DNA of 32,000 nt from an uncultured Actinomycetes bacterium (lineage in GTDB: Bacteria; Actinomycetota; Actinomycetes; S36-B12; CAIYMF01): contig CAWJMG010000003.1 in the NCBI GenBank assembly GCA_963843975.1, forward strand, positions 2,610,001-2,642,000, given 5' to 3'. Positions 17,181-26,738 of this stretch are shown piece by piece (position 1 is the stretch's first letter; every line of letters starts with the position of its first letter). The position numbers and the translations under genes were made by a program. The notes beneath the pieces are model-generated. The model had not been told where the DNA came from, ran no database searches, and worked only from the letters and a program-made list of their open reading frames with translations.

Positions 17181-19772
17181 TCAGTGCTGGGAGGTCACAA
17201 CCAGTCGGTCGGCCTCGGGCGCGACGTCGACGAACACGGAGTCGCCGTCCGTGATCTCGCCGCCGAGGATGGCCTTGGCGAGCTGGTCGCCGATCGCGGT
17301 CTGCACGAGCCGGCGCAGCGGACGCGCGCCGTACGCCGGGTCGAAACCGTTGAGCGCCAACCAGTCCCGCGCCGCCGGGGTGACCTCGAGCGAGAGTCGC
17401 CGGTCGCGCAGACGGGAGGCGAGGGCGTCGACCTGGATCGTGACGATGGTCGAGAGCTCCTCGATCCCGAGCGGGTGGAACATCACGGTGTCGTCGAGGC
17501 GGTTGAGGAACTCGGGCTTGAAGCTCGCGCGCACCACGTTCATGACGGCGTCGCTCTTGGCCTCGGGCGACAGGGTCGGGTCGGCGAGGAAGCTCGATCC
17601 GAGGTTCGAGGTGAGCACCAGGATCGCGTTGCGGAAGTCGACCGTGCGGCCCTGGCCGTCGGTGAGCCGGCCGTCGTCGAGCACCTGCAGCAGCACGTCG
17701 AACACCTCGGGGTGCGCCTTCTCGATCTCGTCGAAGAGCACCACGGTGTACGGGCGGCGGCGTACCGCCTCGGTGAGCTGGCCGCCCTCGTCGTAGCCGA
17801 CGTAGCCGGGGGGCGCACCGACGAGACGGGCGACGGAGTGCTTCTCGCCGTACTCGCTCATGTCGATGCGGGTCATGGCGCGCTCGTCGTCGAAGAGGAA
17901 CTCGGCGAGCGCCTTGGCGAGCTCGGTCTTGCCGACGCCCGTCGGGCCCAGGAACAGGAACGAGCCGGTCGGACGGTCGGGGTCGGAGATGCCCGCGCGG
18001 GCACGGCGTACGGCGTCGGAGACAGCCTGCACCGCCTCGCGCTGGCCGACGACGCGGTGGCCGAGCTCCTCCTCCATCCGCAGCAGCTTGGCGGTCTCGC
18101 CCTCGAGCAGACGGCCGGCAGGGATGCCCGTCCACGCAGCCACGACCTCCGCCACGTCGTCCGGGCCGACCTCCTCGCGCACCATGCGCGAGCGGTCGGA
18201 CGACGACGAGACAGCCTGGTCGAGCTGGCGCTCGAGGTTCGGGATCTCGGCGTACAGGAGGCGCGATGCCTGCTCGAGGTCGCCGTCGCGCTGCGCACGG
18301 TCGAGCAGCATTCGCAGCTCGTCGAGACGGATCTTGAGGTCGCCGACCTTGTCGAGACCGGTCTTCTCGGCATCCCAGCGCACACGCATCGCGCGCAGCT
18401 CCTCGCTGCGGTCGGCGAGGTCGGAGCGCAGCTTGGCGAGGCGCTCGACCGAGGCCTCGTCGGTCTCGCGGGAGAGCGCGAGCTCCTCCATCTTCATGCG
18501 GTCGACCTGGCGCTGCAGCGCGTCGATCTCGACGGGCGAGGAGTCGATCTCCATCCGCAGACGCGAGGCGGCCTCGTCGACGAGGTCGATCGCCTTGTCG
18601 GGCAGGAAGCGGCTGGTGATGTAGCGGTCCGACAGCGTCGCCGCGGCGACGAGGGCGGAGTCGGCGATGGCGACCTTGTGGTGCGCCTCGTACTTCTCCT
18701 TGATGCCGCGCAGGATCCCGACGGTGTCCTCGACGCTCGGCTCGCCGACCAGCACCTGCTGGAAGCGGCGCTCGAGGGCAGGGTCCTTCTCGATCCGCTC
18801 GCGGTACTCGTCGAGCGTGGTCGCGCCGACCATCCGAAGCTCGCCGCGCGCGAGCATCGGCTTGAGCATGTTGCCGGCGTCCATCGCGGAGTCGCCGCTC
18901 GCGCCCGCACCGACGACCGTGTGCAGCTCGTCGATGAAGGTCACGACCTGGCCGTTGCTGCCCTTGATCTCGTCGAGCACGCTCTTGAGTCGCTCCTCGA
19001 ACTGGCCGCGGAACTGCGCGCCAGCGAGCATCGCCGCGAGGTCGAGGGAGATCAATCGCTTGCCGCGCAGGGAGTCGGGGACGTCGCCCGCGACGATGCG
19101 CTGCGCCAGCCCCTCGACGACGGCGGTCTTGCCCACTCCGGGCTCGCCGATGAGCACCGGGTTGTTCTTGGTACGACGGCTGAGCACCTGGACGACGCGG
19201 CGGATCTCGGCGTCGCGGCCGACGACCGGATCGATCTTGCCCTCGCGGGCGAGCTCGGTGAGGTCGACGCCGAACTTCTCGAGCGCCTGGAAGGTCTGCT
19301 CGGGGTCGGCGCTCGTGACGGGCTGCTGGCGCACGGACGAGATGGCGTCCACGAGCGTCGCGGGGGTAGCGCCGGCGGCGGCCAGGGCGTCGCTGACGCC
19401 CGGGCCGCCCTGCTGCGCGAGGCCGACGAGCAGGTGCTCGGTCGACACGAACTCGTCGCCACGCTCCTTCGCGCTGGCCTCGGCGTCCGCCATGACGCGG
19501 AACATCCCGGGCGAGAGCTGCGGCGACTGCACCGACTGACCCATCGCCGAGGGCATCCGGTCGAGCGCGGAGTTGACCGAGGTCGTGAGCGCGGCACGGT
19601 CGACCCCGACCTTGTCGAGGACGGCGGTGGCGATTCCGTCGCCGCTGCTGCCCTGCGCCAGCAGGGTGCCGAGGAGGTGCAGCGGCTCGACCTGGGCCTG
19701 GCCGGACGTCGCGGCACGCCGGACGGCGCCCGCGAGTGCCTCCTGGCTCTTGGTGGTGAGCTGGAGATCCAT
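17181..19772 (-). CDS. clpB: ATP-dependent chaperone ClpB
   Basis: 863 aa with the two Walker A sites GEPGVGKTA and GPTGVGKTE, a coiled-coil middle domain and a Clp N-domain. GGAGGTGA lies 7 nt upstream of the ATG. Confidence 0.97.
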   Translation of the reverse strand: MDLQLTTKSQEALAGAVRRAATSGQAQVEPLHLLGTLLAQGSSGDGIATAVLDKVGVDRAALTTSVNSALDRMPSAMGQSVQSPQLSPGMFRVMADAEASAKERGDEFVSTEHLLVGLAQQGGPGVSDALAAAGATPATLVDAISSVRQQPVTSADPEQTFQALEKFGVDLTELAREGKIDPVVGRDAEIRRVVQVLSRRTKNNPVLIGEPGVGKTAVVEGLAQRIVAGDVPDSLRGKRLISLDLAAMLAGAQFRGQFEERLKSVLDEIKGSNGQVVTFIDELHTVVGAGASGDSAMDAGNMLKPMLARGELRMVGATTLDEYRERIEKDPALERRFQQVLVGEPSVEDTVGILRGIKEKYEAHHKVAIADSALVAAATLSDRYITSRFLPDKAIDLVDEAASRLRMEIDSSPVEIDALQRQVDRMKMEELALSRETDEASVERLAKLRSDLADRSEELRAMRVRWDAEKTGLDKVGDLKIRLDELRMLLDRAQRDGDLEQASRLLYAEIPNLERQLDQAVSSSSDRSRMVREEVGPDDVAEVVAAWTGIPAGRLLEGETAKLLRMEEELGHRVVGQREAVQAVSDAVRRARAGISDPDRPTGSFLFLGPTGVGKTELAKALAEFLFDDERAMTRIDMSEYGEKHSVARLVGAPPGYVGYDEGGQLTEAVRRRPYTVVLFDEIEKAHPEVFDVLLQVLDDGRLTDGQGRTVDFRNAILVLTSNLGSSFLADPTLSPEAKSDAVMNVVRASFKPEFLNRLDDTVMFHPLGIEELSTIVTIQVDALASRLRDRRLSLEVTPAARDWLALNGFDPAYGARPLRRLVQTAIGDQLAKAILGGEITDGDSVFVDVAPEADRLVVTSQH

Positions 19773-19928
19773 AAGGGTTCACCTCCGGTGGTGCGTGGCC
19801 GGTGCGGCCGGGGTCAGGTGGCGGGTGCCGCGTCGTACTCCCTGTCGGGCGGGCGGCGCGGCGTCCGAGGTGTTCGGTAGGCGGCTCTCGCCGCCTCTGT
19901 GGCGACTCGGGGCAGCCTCATCGGGAGA

Positions 19929-20333
19929 TCAGCGGGTGCGATCGGCCGGGCGGGGGCGCCAGACGACCAGGGCGGTGCCGGGCTGGCCGGGACCGGATGC
20001 CGAGCGGGATCCGAGCGTGGGGCGCAGGCGCTGCACCTCGGCGCGGAGGAGGCCGACCTCCGAGCGCAGCCGCTCGTTCTCGGTCTCGAGGGCGAGGATG
20101 CGCGCGATGCCGGCGAGGTTGATGCCGTCGCCCGTGAGCCGCGCGACCTCGCGCAGCCGCGCGATGTCGTGCAGCGAGTAGAGGCGGTTGCGCCCGCCCG
20201 TGCGGTCCGGCGACACGAGGCCGAGCCGGTCGTACTGGCGCAGGGTCTGCGGGTGCATGCCGGCAATCTGCGCAGCCACGGAGATGCCGTAGACCGGGGT
20301 CGTCTCGTCCGGGCGCAGGCGGTCGCTGCTCAC
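19929..20333 (-). CDS. hspR: Heat-shock transcriptional repressor HspR (MerR family)
   Basis: The Mer[47 protein letters not shown] is present. GTG 20333 overlaps the dnaJ stop (GTGA), and the gene is last in the dnaK operon. Confidence 0.9.
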   Translation of the reverse strand: MSSDRLRPDETTPVYGISVAAQIAGMHPQTLRQYDRLGLVSPDRTGGRNRLYSLHDIARLREVARLTGDGINLAGIARILALETENERLRSEVGLLRAEVQRLRPTLGSRSASGPGQPGTALVVWRPRPADRTR

Positions 20334-21541
20334 GACGCACCCCCGGACTTCGCGGCCCGCGCGATGAGGTCGGCGCGCGGGTCGTGCTCGGAGGTCGACT
20401 CGGCATACGCCTTGAGGGCCTCCTTCGCGTCGTGCGAGAGCCGCGCGGGGACGGCGACGTCGATCGTGACGACGAGGTCGCCCTTGGTGCCGTCCTTGCG
20501 CGTGACGCCCTTGCCGCGCACGCGCAGCATGCGACCCGACTGGGTGCCCTCGGCGAGGCGCAGCTTGACCGTGCCGCCGCCCGGAGTGGGTACGTCGACG
20601 TCGGCACCGAGCGCGGCCTCGGCGAACGTGACCGGGAGGGTGACCGTGAGGTTGTCGCCGTCGCGCCCGAACACGGGGTGCGGCGAGACCTTGACGACCA
20701 CGAGGAGGTCGCCCGCCTCGCCGCCACCCTCGCCCGCGGCGCCCTTGCCGCGCAGCTTGATCTTCTGACCGCCCTTCACCCCGGCAGGGATGCGTGCCTG
20801 CACCGTGCGGGTGCTCGGCGCGTGGCCGCTGCCCTGGCAGTTGGGGCACGGGTCGTCGACGACGAGTCCGCGGCCGCGGCAGGCGCGGCACGGCTCGGGG
20901 AAGGCGAAGCCGCCCGCGTTGCGGTTGACCTGGCCGGCGCCCTGGCACGTGGGGCACACGCGCGGGGTGGTGCCCTTGCGGGCACCGGTGCCCGAGCAGA
21001 CACCGCACGGCGCGTCGGAGGTCAGGCGCAGGGGAAGGGTGACGCCCTCGAGCGCCTCGTCGAACGACAGGGTGACGGTGCTCTCGATGTCGGCGCCGCG
21101 ACGCGCACGGCTGCGCGCACCGCCGCCGCCGCCTCGGTTGAACAGCCCGCCGAGCACGTCGCCGAAGCCGCCGCCGCCCGCCCCGCCCTGGCCGCCGGTG
21201 TTGACGCGGCCCAGCAGGTCGGACAGGTCGAACGGCACGCCGCCGCCCTGGCCGCCCGCGTTGGGGTTGAAGCCTCCCTGCGGCATGCGGAATCCGCCGA
21301 CGCCCCCGAAGAGCGACCGCGCCTCGTCGTACTCCTTGCGCTTGGTCTCGCTCGAGAGCACGTCGTACGCCTCCGAGGCCTCCTTGAAGCGGGCCTCGGC
21401 CTTGGGGTCGTTCTCGTTGGAGTCGGGGTGGTTCTTCTTGGCCAGCGTGCGGAACGCCTTCTTGATGTCGTCCTGCGACGCGTCCTTGGGGACGCCGAGG
21501 ACCTTGTAGAAGTCCTTCTCGATCCAGTCCTTCTGGCTCAC
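20330..21541 (-). CDS. dnaJ: Molecular chaperone DnaJ
   Basis: It has a J-domain with HPD (KKNHPDSN), a G/F-rich region, and four CxxCxGxG zinc-finger repeats ([32 protein letters not shown]). Confidence 0.96.
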   Translation of the reverse strand: MSQKDWIEKDFYKVLGVPKDASQDDIKKAFRTLAKKNHPDSNENDPKAEARFKEASEAYDVLSSETKRKEYDEARSLFGGVGGFRMPQGGFNPNAGGQGGGVPFDLSDLLGRVNTGGQGGAGGGGFGDVLGGLFNRGGGGGARSRARRGADIESTVTLSFDEALEGVTLPLRLTSDAPCGVCSGTGARKGTTPRVCPTCQGAGQVNRNAGGFAFPEPCRACRGRGLVVDDPCPNCQGSGHAPSTRTVQARIPAGVKGGQKIKLRGKGAAGEGGGEAGDLLVVVKVSPHPVFGRDGDNLTVTLPVTFAEAALGADVDVPTPGGGTVKLRLAEGTQSGRMLRVRGKGVTRKDGTKGDLVVTIDVAVPARLSHDAKEALKAYAESTSEHDPRADLIARAAKSGGAS

Positions 21542-21584
21542 GGCGTCCTCCTCTCTGTCGTCTCAGGTGCCGTGCGGCGTGCGG

Positions 21585-22154
21585 TCACTCGGGGTCTGCG
21601 ACCGCCACGATGGCGGCGCGCAGGACCTTGCCGGCGTAGCGGTAGCCGGGCTGGAACACCTGGATGCAGGTGGGGCCCTGCACCTCGGCGCTGTGCGCGT
21701 GGCTGATGGCCTCGTGGACCGTCGGGTCGAACGGATCGCCGGCGACGCCGTACCGCTCGAGGCCCAGGCGAGCGACCGTGGCCTCGAGGGCCTCGGCCAC
21801 GCTCTTGAACGCGCCCTCGAGGTCGCCGTGCTCGCGGGCCCGGCCGATGTCGTCGAGCACGGGCAGCAGCTCGGCGATCGTCGCCCCGACCGCGAGGTCC
21901 TTGATGCCCTCGCGCTCACGGTCGACGCGGCGCCGGTAGTTGGCGTACTCGGCGTGCACGCGCTGCAGGTCGGAGGTCAGCTCGGCGACCTGGGTGTCGA
22001 GCTCGGGGAGCGCCCCGTCGACGACGAGGCCCTCCACGATCTGCTCGAACTCGTCGCCCGAGGCGGGTCCGGGAGCAGCGGACTGCTCCCGGACCTCCCC
22101 GGTCTCGGGATCGATGCGGCGCTTGTCCGGGAAGTCGCCCTCAGGCTCGGTCAC
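21585..22154 (-). CDS. grpE: Nucleotide exchange factor GrpE
   Basis: [18 protein letters not shown] and [11 protein letters not shown] are typical of GrpE. GTG 22154 overlaps the dnaK stop (GTGA). Confidence 0.93.
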   Translation of the reverse strand: MTEPEGDFPDKRRIDPETGEVREQSAAPGPASGDEFEQIVEGLVVDGALPELDTQVAELTSDLQRVHAEYANYRRRVDREREGIKDLAVGATIAELLPVLDDIGRAREHGDLEGAFKSVAEALEATVARLGLERYGVAGDPFDPTVHEAISHAHSAEVQGPTCIQVFQPGYRYAGKVLRAAIVAVADPE

Positions 22155-24001
22155 TGCTTGTCCTGGTCCTCGTCCACGATCTCGGCGTCGACGACGTCGT
22201 CGTCGTTGCTCGGCGCCGACTCGCCCGCGCCACCGTCACCGGCACCGCCGGCGGCGTTGGCACCGGTGTTGGCGTACATCGCCGCACCGAGGGCCTGGCT
22301 GGTGGTCGCGACCTTCTCGGCCGCGTCCTTGATCGCGTCGACGTCGTCGCCGGCGAGCGCCTTCTTGAGGTCGGCGAGAGGGCCCTCGACGTTGCTCTTC
22401 GCGTCCTCGGGCACCTTGTCGCCGTTGTCCGCGAGGAACTTCTCGGTCTGGTGGAGCAGGCCCTCCGCGCTGTTGCGGATCTCCGCCTCCTCCTTGCGCT
22501 TGCGGTCCTCCTCGGCGTGAGCCTCGGCGTCCTTCATCATGCGCTCGATGTCGTCCTTCGGGAGGCCGCTGCCGCCCGTGATCGTCATCGACTGCTCTTT
22601 GCCGGTGCCGAGGTCCTTGGCAGCCACGTGCACGATGCCGTTGGCGTCGATGTCGAACGTGACCTCGATCTGCGGCACGCCGCGCGGGGCCGGCGGGAGG
22701 CCGGTGAGCTCGAAGGTGCCGAGCTTCTTGTTGTACGCCGCCATCTCGCGCTCGCCCTGGAAGACCTGGATCAGCACGGACGGCTGGTTGTCGTCGGCCG
22801 TCGTGAAGATCTCCGAGCGCTTGGTCGGGATGGTGGTGTTGCGCTCGATGAGGCGGGTCATGATGCCGCCCTTGGTCTCGATGCCGAGCGAGAGCGGCGT
22901 GACGTCGAGGAGCAGGACGTCCTTGACCTCGCCCTTGAGGACACCGGCCTGCAGGCTCGCGCCGATGGCCACGACCTCGTCCGGGTTGACGCCCTTGTTG
23001 GGCTCCTGGCCGCCGGTGAGCTCCTTGACGAGCTCGGTGACGGCCGGCATGCGCGTCGAGCCGCCGACGAGCACGACGTGGTCGATGTCCTTCACCGAGA
23101 TGCCGGCGTCCTTGATGACCGCGGCGAACGGCGCCTTGGTGCGGTCGAGCAGGTCGGCGGTGAGCTGCTCGAACTGCGCGCGGGTGAGGGTCTCGTCCAG
23201 GTGGAGCGGGCCCTCGGCCGAGGCGGTGATGTAGGGCAGGTTGATGGAGGTCTGCATCGAGCTCGAGAGCTCGATCTTCGCCTTCTCCGACGCCTCGCGG
23301 AGGCGCTGCATCGCCATCTTGTCCTTGGTCAGGTCGACGCCGTGCGCGTTCTTGAACTGGGTGGCGAGGTGCTGCATGAGGCGCTCGTCCCAGTCGTCGC
23401 CACCGAGGTGGTTGTCGCCGGAGGTCGCCTTGACCTCGACGATGCCGTCGCCGATCTCGAGCAGCGACACGTCGAACGTGCCACCACCGAGGTCGAAGAC
23501 CAGGATCGTCTGCTCCTTCTCACCCTTGTCGAGGCCGTAGGCGAGCGCGGCGGCGGTGGGCTCGTTGATGATGCGCAGGACGTTGAGGCCCGCGATCTCG
23601 CCGGCCTCCTTGGTGGCCTGGCGCTGGGCGTCGTTGAAGTACGCCGGCACCGTGATGACGGCGTCGGTGACGACGTCGCCGAGGTAGGCCTCCGCGTCGC
23701 GCTTGAGCTTCTGCAGCACGCGCGCGCTGATCTCCTGCGAGGTGTAGGCCTTGCCGTCGATGTCGACGTTCCAGCTGGTGCCCATGTGGCGCTTCACCGA
23801 GCGGATCGTGCGGTCGACGTTGGTGACCGCCTGACGCTTGGCGACCTCGCCGACGAGCACCTCGCCGTTCTTGGCGAAGGCGACGACCGACGGCGTGGTG
23901 CGGGCACCCTCGGCGTTGGGGATGACGGTGGGCTCCCCGCCCTCGAGGACGGAGACGACGGAGTTGGTGGTGCCGAGGTCGATGCCGACTGCTCGTGCCA
24001 T
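22151..24001 (-). CDS. dnaK: Molecular chaperone DnaK (Hsp70)
   Basis: 616 aa with [21 protein letters not shown] and [12 protein letters not shown]. Confidence 0.98.
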   Translation of the reverse strand: MARAVGIDLGTTNSVVSVLEGGEPTVIPNAEGARTTPSVVAFAKNGEVLVGEVAKRQAVTNVDRTIRSVKRHMGTSWNVDIDGKAYTSQEISARVLQKLKRDAEAYLGDVVTDAVITVPAYFNDAQRQATKEAGEIAGLNVLRIINEPTAAALAYGLDKGEKEQTILVFDLGGGTFDVSLLEIGDGIVEVKATSGDNHLGGDDWDERLMQHLATQFKNAHGVDLTKDKMAMQRLREASEKAKIELSSSMQTSINLPYITASAEGPLHLDETLTRAQFEQLTADLLDRTKAPFAAVIKDAGISVKDIDHVVLVGGSTRMPAVTELVKELTGGQEPNKGVNPDEVVAIGASLQAGVLKGEVKDVLLLDVTPLSLGIETKGGIMTRLIERNTTIPTKRSEIFTTADDNQPSVLIQVFQGEREMAAYNKKLGTFELTGLPPAPRGVPQIEVTFDIDANGIVHVAAKDLGTGKEQSMTITGGSGLPKDDIERMMKDAEAHAEEDRKRKEEAEIRNSAEGLLHQTEKFLADNGDKVPEDAKSNVEGPLADLKKALAGDDVDAIKDAAEKVATTSQALGAAMYANTGANAAGGAGDGGAGESAPSNDDDVVDAEIVDEDQDKQ

Positions 24002-24147
24002 GAGACGTGCCTTTCGGGTCGGGGTCCGGCGGTCCGTGGGGCGGCCGCCGGTCGGTGCTGGTGGGCCGCTGCGGCGTGCGCCGCGGTGGCCGACTGAGGT
24101 CGAGCGTGGCCCGCCTCACTGTTCCTGTCAACTTGAACGTCAGATAA

Positions 24148-24168
24148 CTTGAGTGCCTCTGACTCACA
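24148..24168. promoter_or_regulatory. HAIR-like inverted repeat (HspR operator) upstream of dnaK
   Basis: CTTGAGT-gcctctg-ACTCACA matches the Streptomyces HAIR consensus CTTGAGT-N7-ACTCAAG at 12/14 positions. It sits in an AT-richer 60-bp patch 147 bp upstream of the dnaK ATG. hspR is encoded in the same operon. Confidence 0.7.
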
Positions 24169-24344
24169 TCACCTGACATAACCCAGCCGGGCTGGTTCTG
24201 CTTCCCCTGCTGGCGCCCCGTTCTGCGTGACGCCGCTCACGCGCGCCTCGGACGGCAGGCCGGGCCGTGCCGCTGGTCGGCCTCCGTGCGGCCCGGCCGG
24301 TACAGGCGCTCGGTACCGTGAGCCTCCTCGGGACAGGTCGGGTA

Positions 24345-24362
24345 AGTTACCGACCAGTAACT
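24345..24362. promoter_or_regulatory. Palindrome AGTTAC-N6-GTAACT upstream of the Fe-S reductase gene
   Basis: agttaccgaccagtaact is a perfect 6+6 inverted repeat 39 nt upstream of GTG 24401. It is unusually AT-rich for this DNA. The binding factor is unknown. Confidence 0.4.
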
Positions 24363-24400
24363 CCACCCGTGCCCGCGACCGCCCCACCCCGGAGGCCCTG

Positions 24401-26635
24401 GTGCCCGCGCTCTCGACCCTCGCCACCGACGTCGCGCAGCTGACGCCGTTCTCCGCCACGCACCTCACCGTGCGCCTGGTGCTCGGCGTGCTGCTCACCC
24501 TCGTGGCGCTCTCGCTCGCGGCCTGGCGCGGCAACCGCATCTACCAGGTCATCCGCTCGGGGCAGCCGGCCGTCGGGCGCACCGACGACAAGGGCGTGCG
24601 CATCCAGGGCGAGATCGTCGAGGTGCTCGGCCAGCGCAAGCTCCTCAAGTGGTCGGTGCCCGGCTTCGCGCACTTCGTGACCTTCTGGGGGTTCCTCGTC
24701 CTCGGCCTGACGATCGTCGAGGGCTTCGGCGCGCTGTTCGACCCCGACTTCCACGTGCCGCTCATCGGCACCTGGCCGGTCGTCGGCTTCCTCGAGGACC
24801 TGTTCGGCCTGCTGGTGATCGTCGGCATCACGATCTTCAGCGTCATCCGCATCCGGAAGAACCCGCACCGCATCGGCCGCGAGTCCCGCTTCTACGGCTC
24901 GCACACGGGCGGCGCGTGGCTGATCCTCGCGTCGATCGCGACGATCGTGATCACGCTGTTCGTCTACCGCGGTGCGCAGATCAACACCGGCACGTTCCCC
25001 TACGACTCGGGCGCCTTCGTCTCCGAGTGGGTCGCGAAGCTGCTCGAGCCGCTCGGCGAGACGACCAACGAGTGGATCGAGACGATCTTCATCCTGGCGT
25101 CGTTCGGCGCCGTGCTCGGTACGACGATCCTCGTGCTCTACAGCAAGCACATGCACATCTTCCTGGCGCCGTTCAACGTGCTCTTCTCGCGCCGGCCCAA
25201 CGGCCTCGGCCCGCTCCTGCCGATGTACTCGGGCGGCGAGAAGATCGACTTCGAGGACCCGGACGAGGACGCCGTCTTCGGTCGCGCCTCGATCGAGGAC
25301 ATCACGTGGAAGGGCAACCTCGACCTGCTCACGTGCACCGAGTGCGGCCGCTGCCAGTCGCAGTGCCCGGCGTGGAACACCGAGAAGCCCCTGTCCCCCA
25401 AGCTCCTCATCATGGACATGCGCGACAACGTGCTCGCCCAGGCGCCGTACCTCGCGGCGAAGGCCAACCCTCGCTACCTCGGCAACGCCGGCACCGGCCA
25501 GGCGCCGAAGGCGGTGCCCGTGGAGATCGGCTCGTTCCCGCAGGAGGTGCAGGACGCGCACGCCCGACCGCTCGTCGGCAGCCGCGAGAGCCACAACGCC
25601 GTGATCGACGAGGACGTGCTGTGGTCGTGCACGATGTGCGGCGCCTGCGTCAACCAGTGCCCCGTCGACATCGAGCACATCGACCACATCGTCGACATGC
25701 GCCGCAACCGCGTGATGATCGAGTCGGAGTTCCCGGCCGAGCTCAACGGACTGTTCAAGAACATCGAGAACAAGGGCAACCCGTGGGGCGCCCAGGCGTC
25801 GCAGCGCAACGCGTGGATCGAGGAGGTCGACTTCGAGGTCGAGGTCTCCGACGGCGAGGCGATCCCGGACGACGTCGACTACCTCTTCTGGGTCGGCTGC
25901 GCCGGCGCGTTCGAGGACCGCGCGAAGAAGACCACCAAGGCCGTCGCCGAGCTGCTGCACCTGGCCGGCGTCCGCTTCATGGTGCTCGGCGAGGGCGAGA
26001 CCTGCACGGGCGACCCCGCGCGCCGCGCCGGCAACGAGTTCCTGTTCCAGATGCAGGCGATGCAGAACGTCGAGATGCTCAACGAGATCAAGGCGAAGAA
26101 GATCGTCGTCACCTGCCCGCACTGCATGAACACGATCGGCCGCGAGTACCCGCAGCTCGGCGGCAACTACGACGTCGTCCACCACTCGCAGCTGCTCGCG
26201 ACCCTCGTGAAGCAGGGCCGCCTCACGCCGGTCACCCCGGTCGACGGCCTCTCCGGCACGGTCACCTACCACGACCCGTGCTACCTCGGCCGGCACAACA
26301 AGGTCTACACGCCGCCGCGCGAGCTCATCGGCTCGCTGCCCGGCATCTCGTTCACCGAGATGGAGCGCTCGGCCGACCGCTCGTTCTGCTGCGGCGCCGG
26401 CGGCGCGCGCATGTGGATGGAGGAGCGCCTCGGCACGCGCATCAACCTCAACCGCACCGACGAGGCGCTCGGCACGGGTGCCTCGACCATCGCGGTCGCG
26501 TGCCCGTTCTGCTCGGTGATGCTCAACGACGGCGTCACCAACCGGTCGCAGGGCAAGGACGAGCCCGTCGCCGTCGTCGCCGACGTAGCGACCCTCCTGC
26601 TGGGCACCGTCGACAGGACCAAGCAGCAAGCCTGA
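24401..26635 (+). CDS. Membrane-anchored (Fe-S)-binding reductase: NarI-like N-terminal TM domain, 2x[4Fe-4S] and CCG (HdrD/GlpC-like) domains
   Basis: It has an N-terminal polytopic region, the ferredoxin motifs CTECGRCQSQCP and CTMCGACVNQCP, and cysteine-rich CCG regions (VTCPHC..., CCGAGG, CPFC). The start is GTG 24401 with GGAGG 7 nt upstream. From memory it resembles mycobacterial Rv0338c. Confidence 0.88.
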   Translation: MPALSTLATDVAQLTPFSATHLTVRLVLGVLLTLVALSLAAWRGNRIYQVIRSGQPAVGRTDDKGVRIQGEIVEVLGQRKLLKWSVPGFAHFVTFWGFLVLGLTIVEGFGALFDPDFHVPLIGTWPVVGFLEDLFGLLVIVGITIFSVIRIRKNPHRIGRESRFYGSHTGGAWLILASIATIVITLFVYRGAQINTGTFPYDSGAFVSEWVAKLLEPLGETTNEWIETIFILASFGAVLGTTILVLYSKHMHIFLAPFNVLFSRRPNGLGPLLPMYSGGEKIDFEDPDEDAVFGRASIEDITWKGNLDLLTCTECGRCQSQCPAWNTEKPLSPKLLIMDMRDNVLAQAPYLAAKANPRYLGNAGTGQAPKAVPVEIGSFPQEVQDAHARPLVGSRESHNAVIDEDVLWSCTMCGACVNQCPVDIEHIDHIVDMRRNRVMIESEFPAELNGLFKNIENKGNPWGAQASQRNAWIEEVDFEVEVSDGEAIPDDVDYLFWVGCAGAFEDRAKKTTKAVAELLHLAGVRFMVLGEGETCTGDPARRAGNEFLFQMQAMQNVEMLNEIKAKKIVVTCPHCMNTIGREYPQLGGNYDVVHHSQLLATLVKQGRLTPVTPVDGLSGTVTYHDPCYLGRHNKVYTPPRELIGSLPGISFTEMERSADRSFCCGAGGARMWMEERLGTRINLNRTDEALGTGASTIAVACPFCSVMLNDGVTNRSQGKDEPVAVVADVATLLLGTVDRTKQQA

Positions 26636-26650
26636 GTCTGGGTAACCCCC

Positions 26651-26707
26651 GTGCAGTTGAACTGCCGTTTGCTTCCCTTAGGGAAGAAAGGCGAAGTTCA
26701 ACTGCAC
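26651..26707. terminator. 57-nt extended hairpin between convergent genes (bidirectional terminator candidate / palindromic element)
   Basis: gtgcagttgaact (26651-26663) pairs perfectly with agttcaactgcac (26695-26707). The inner stem is cttccc-tta-gggaag (26672-26686). GC is roughly 50 percent in a high-GC background. Confidence 0.7.
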
Positions 26708-26738
26708 GATCTCTGCCCGGAGTCGTGATCTTGATCGG

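Noticed and set aside
16738-19880. The 1014-aa minus-strand ORF (alternate frame) and the 902-aa plus-strand ORF over clpB.
   Set aside because: ClpB in frame 17181..19772 is unambiguous, with two Walker A sites. The alternatives are Arg/Pro/Gly-rich or Ala/Asp/Leu/Val-rich antisense frames.
24121-24180. A CIRCE (HrcA) operator upstream of dnaK, suggested by the GAGTGC in cttGAGTGCctc.
   Set aside because: The partner half-site TTAGCACTC is absent. The inverted repeat fits HAIR (CTTGAGT-N7-ACTCAAG) much better, and hspR rather than hrcA is in the operon.
24227-24400. The N-terminal 58-codon extension of the Fe-S reductase ORF, with similar extensions on purA (to 2825), the FAD oxidoreductase (to 4027), the hypothetical 10872 gene (to 12500), pyrE (to 12625) and the acyltransferase (to 28976).
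   Set aside because: The extensions are Arg/Pro/Gly-rich and overlap upstream genes or promoter regions. In each case an internal start with a better context (RBS, family-typical N-terminus or stop-start coupling) exists.
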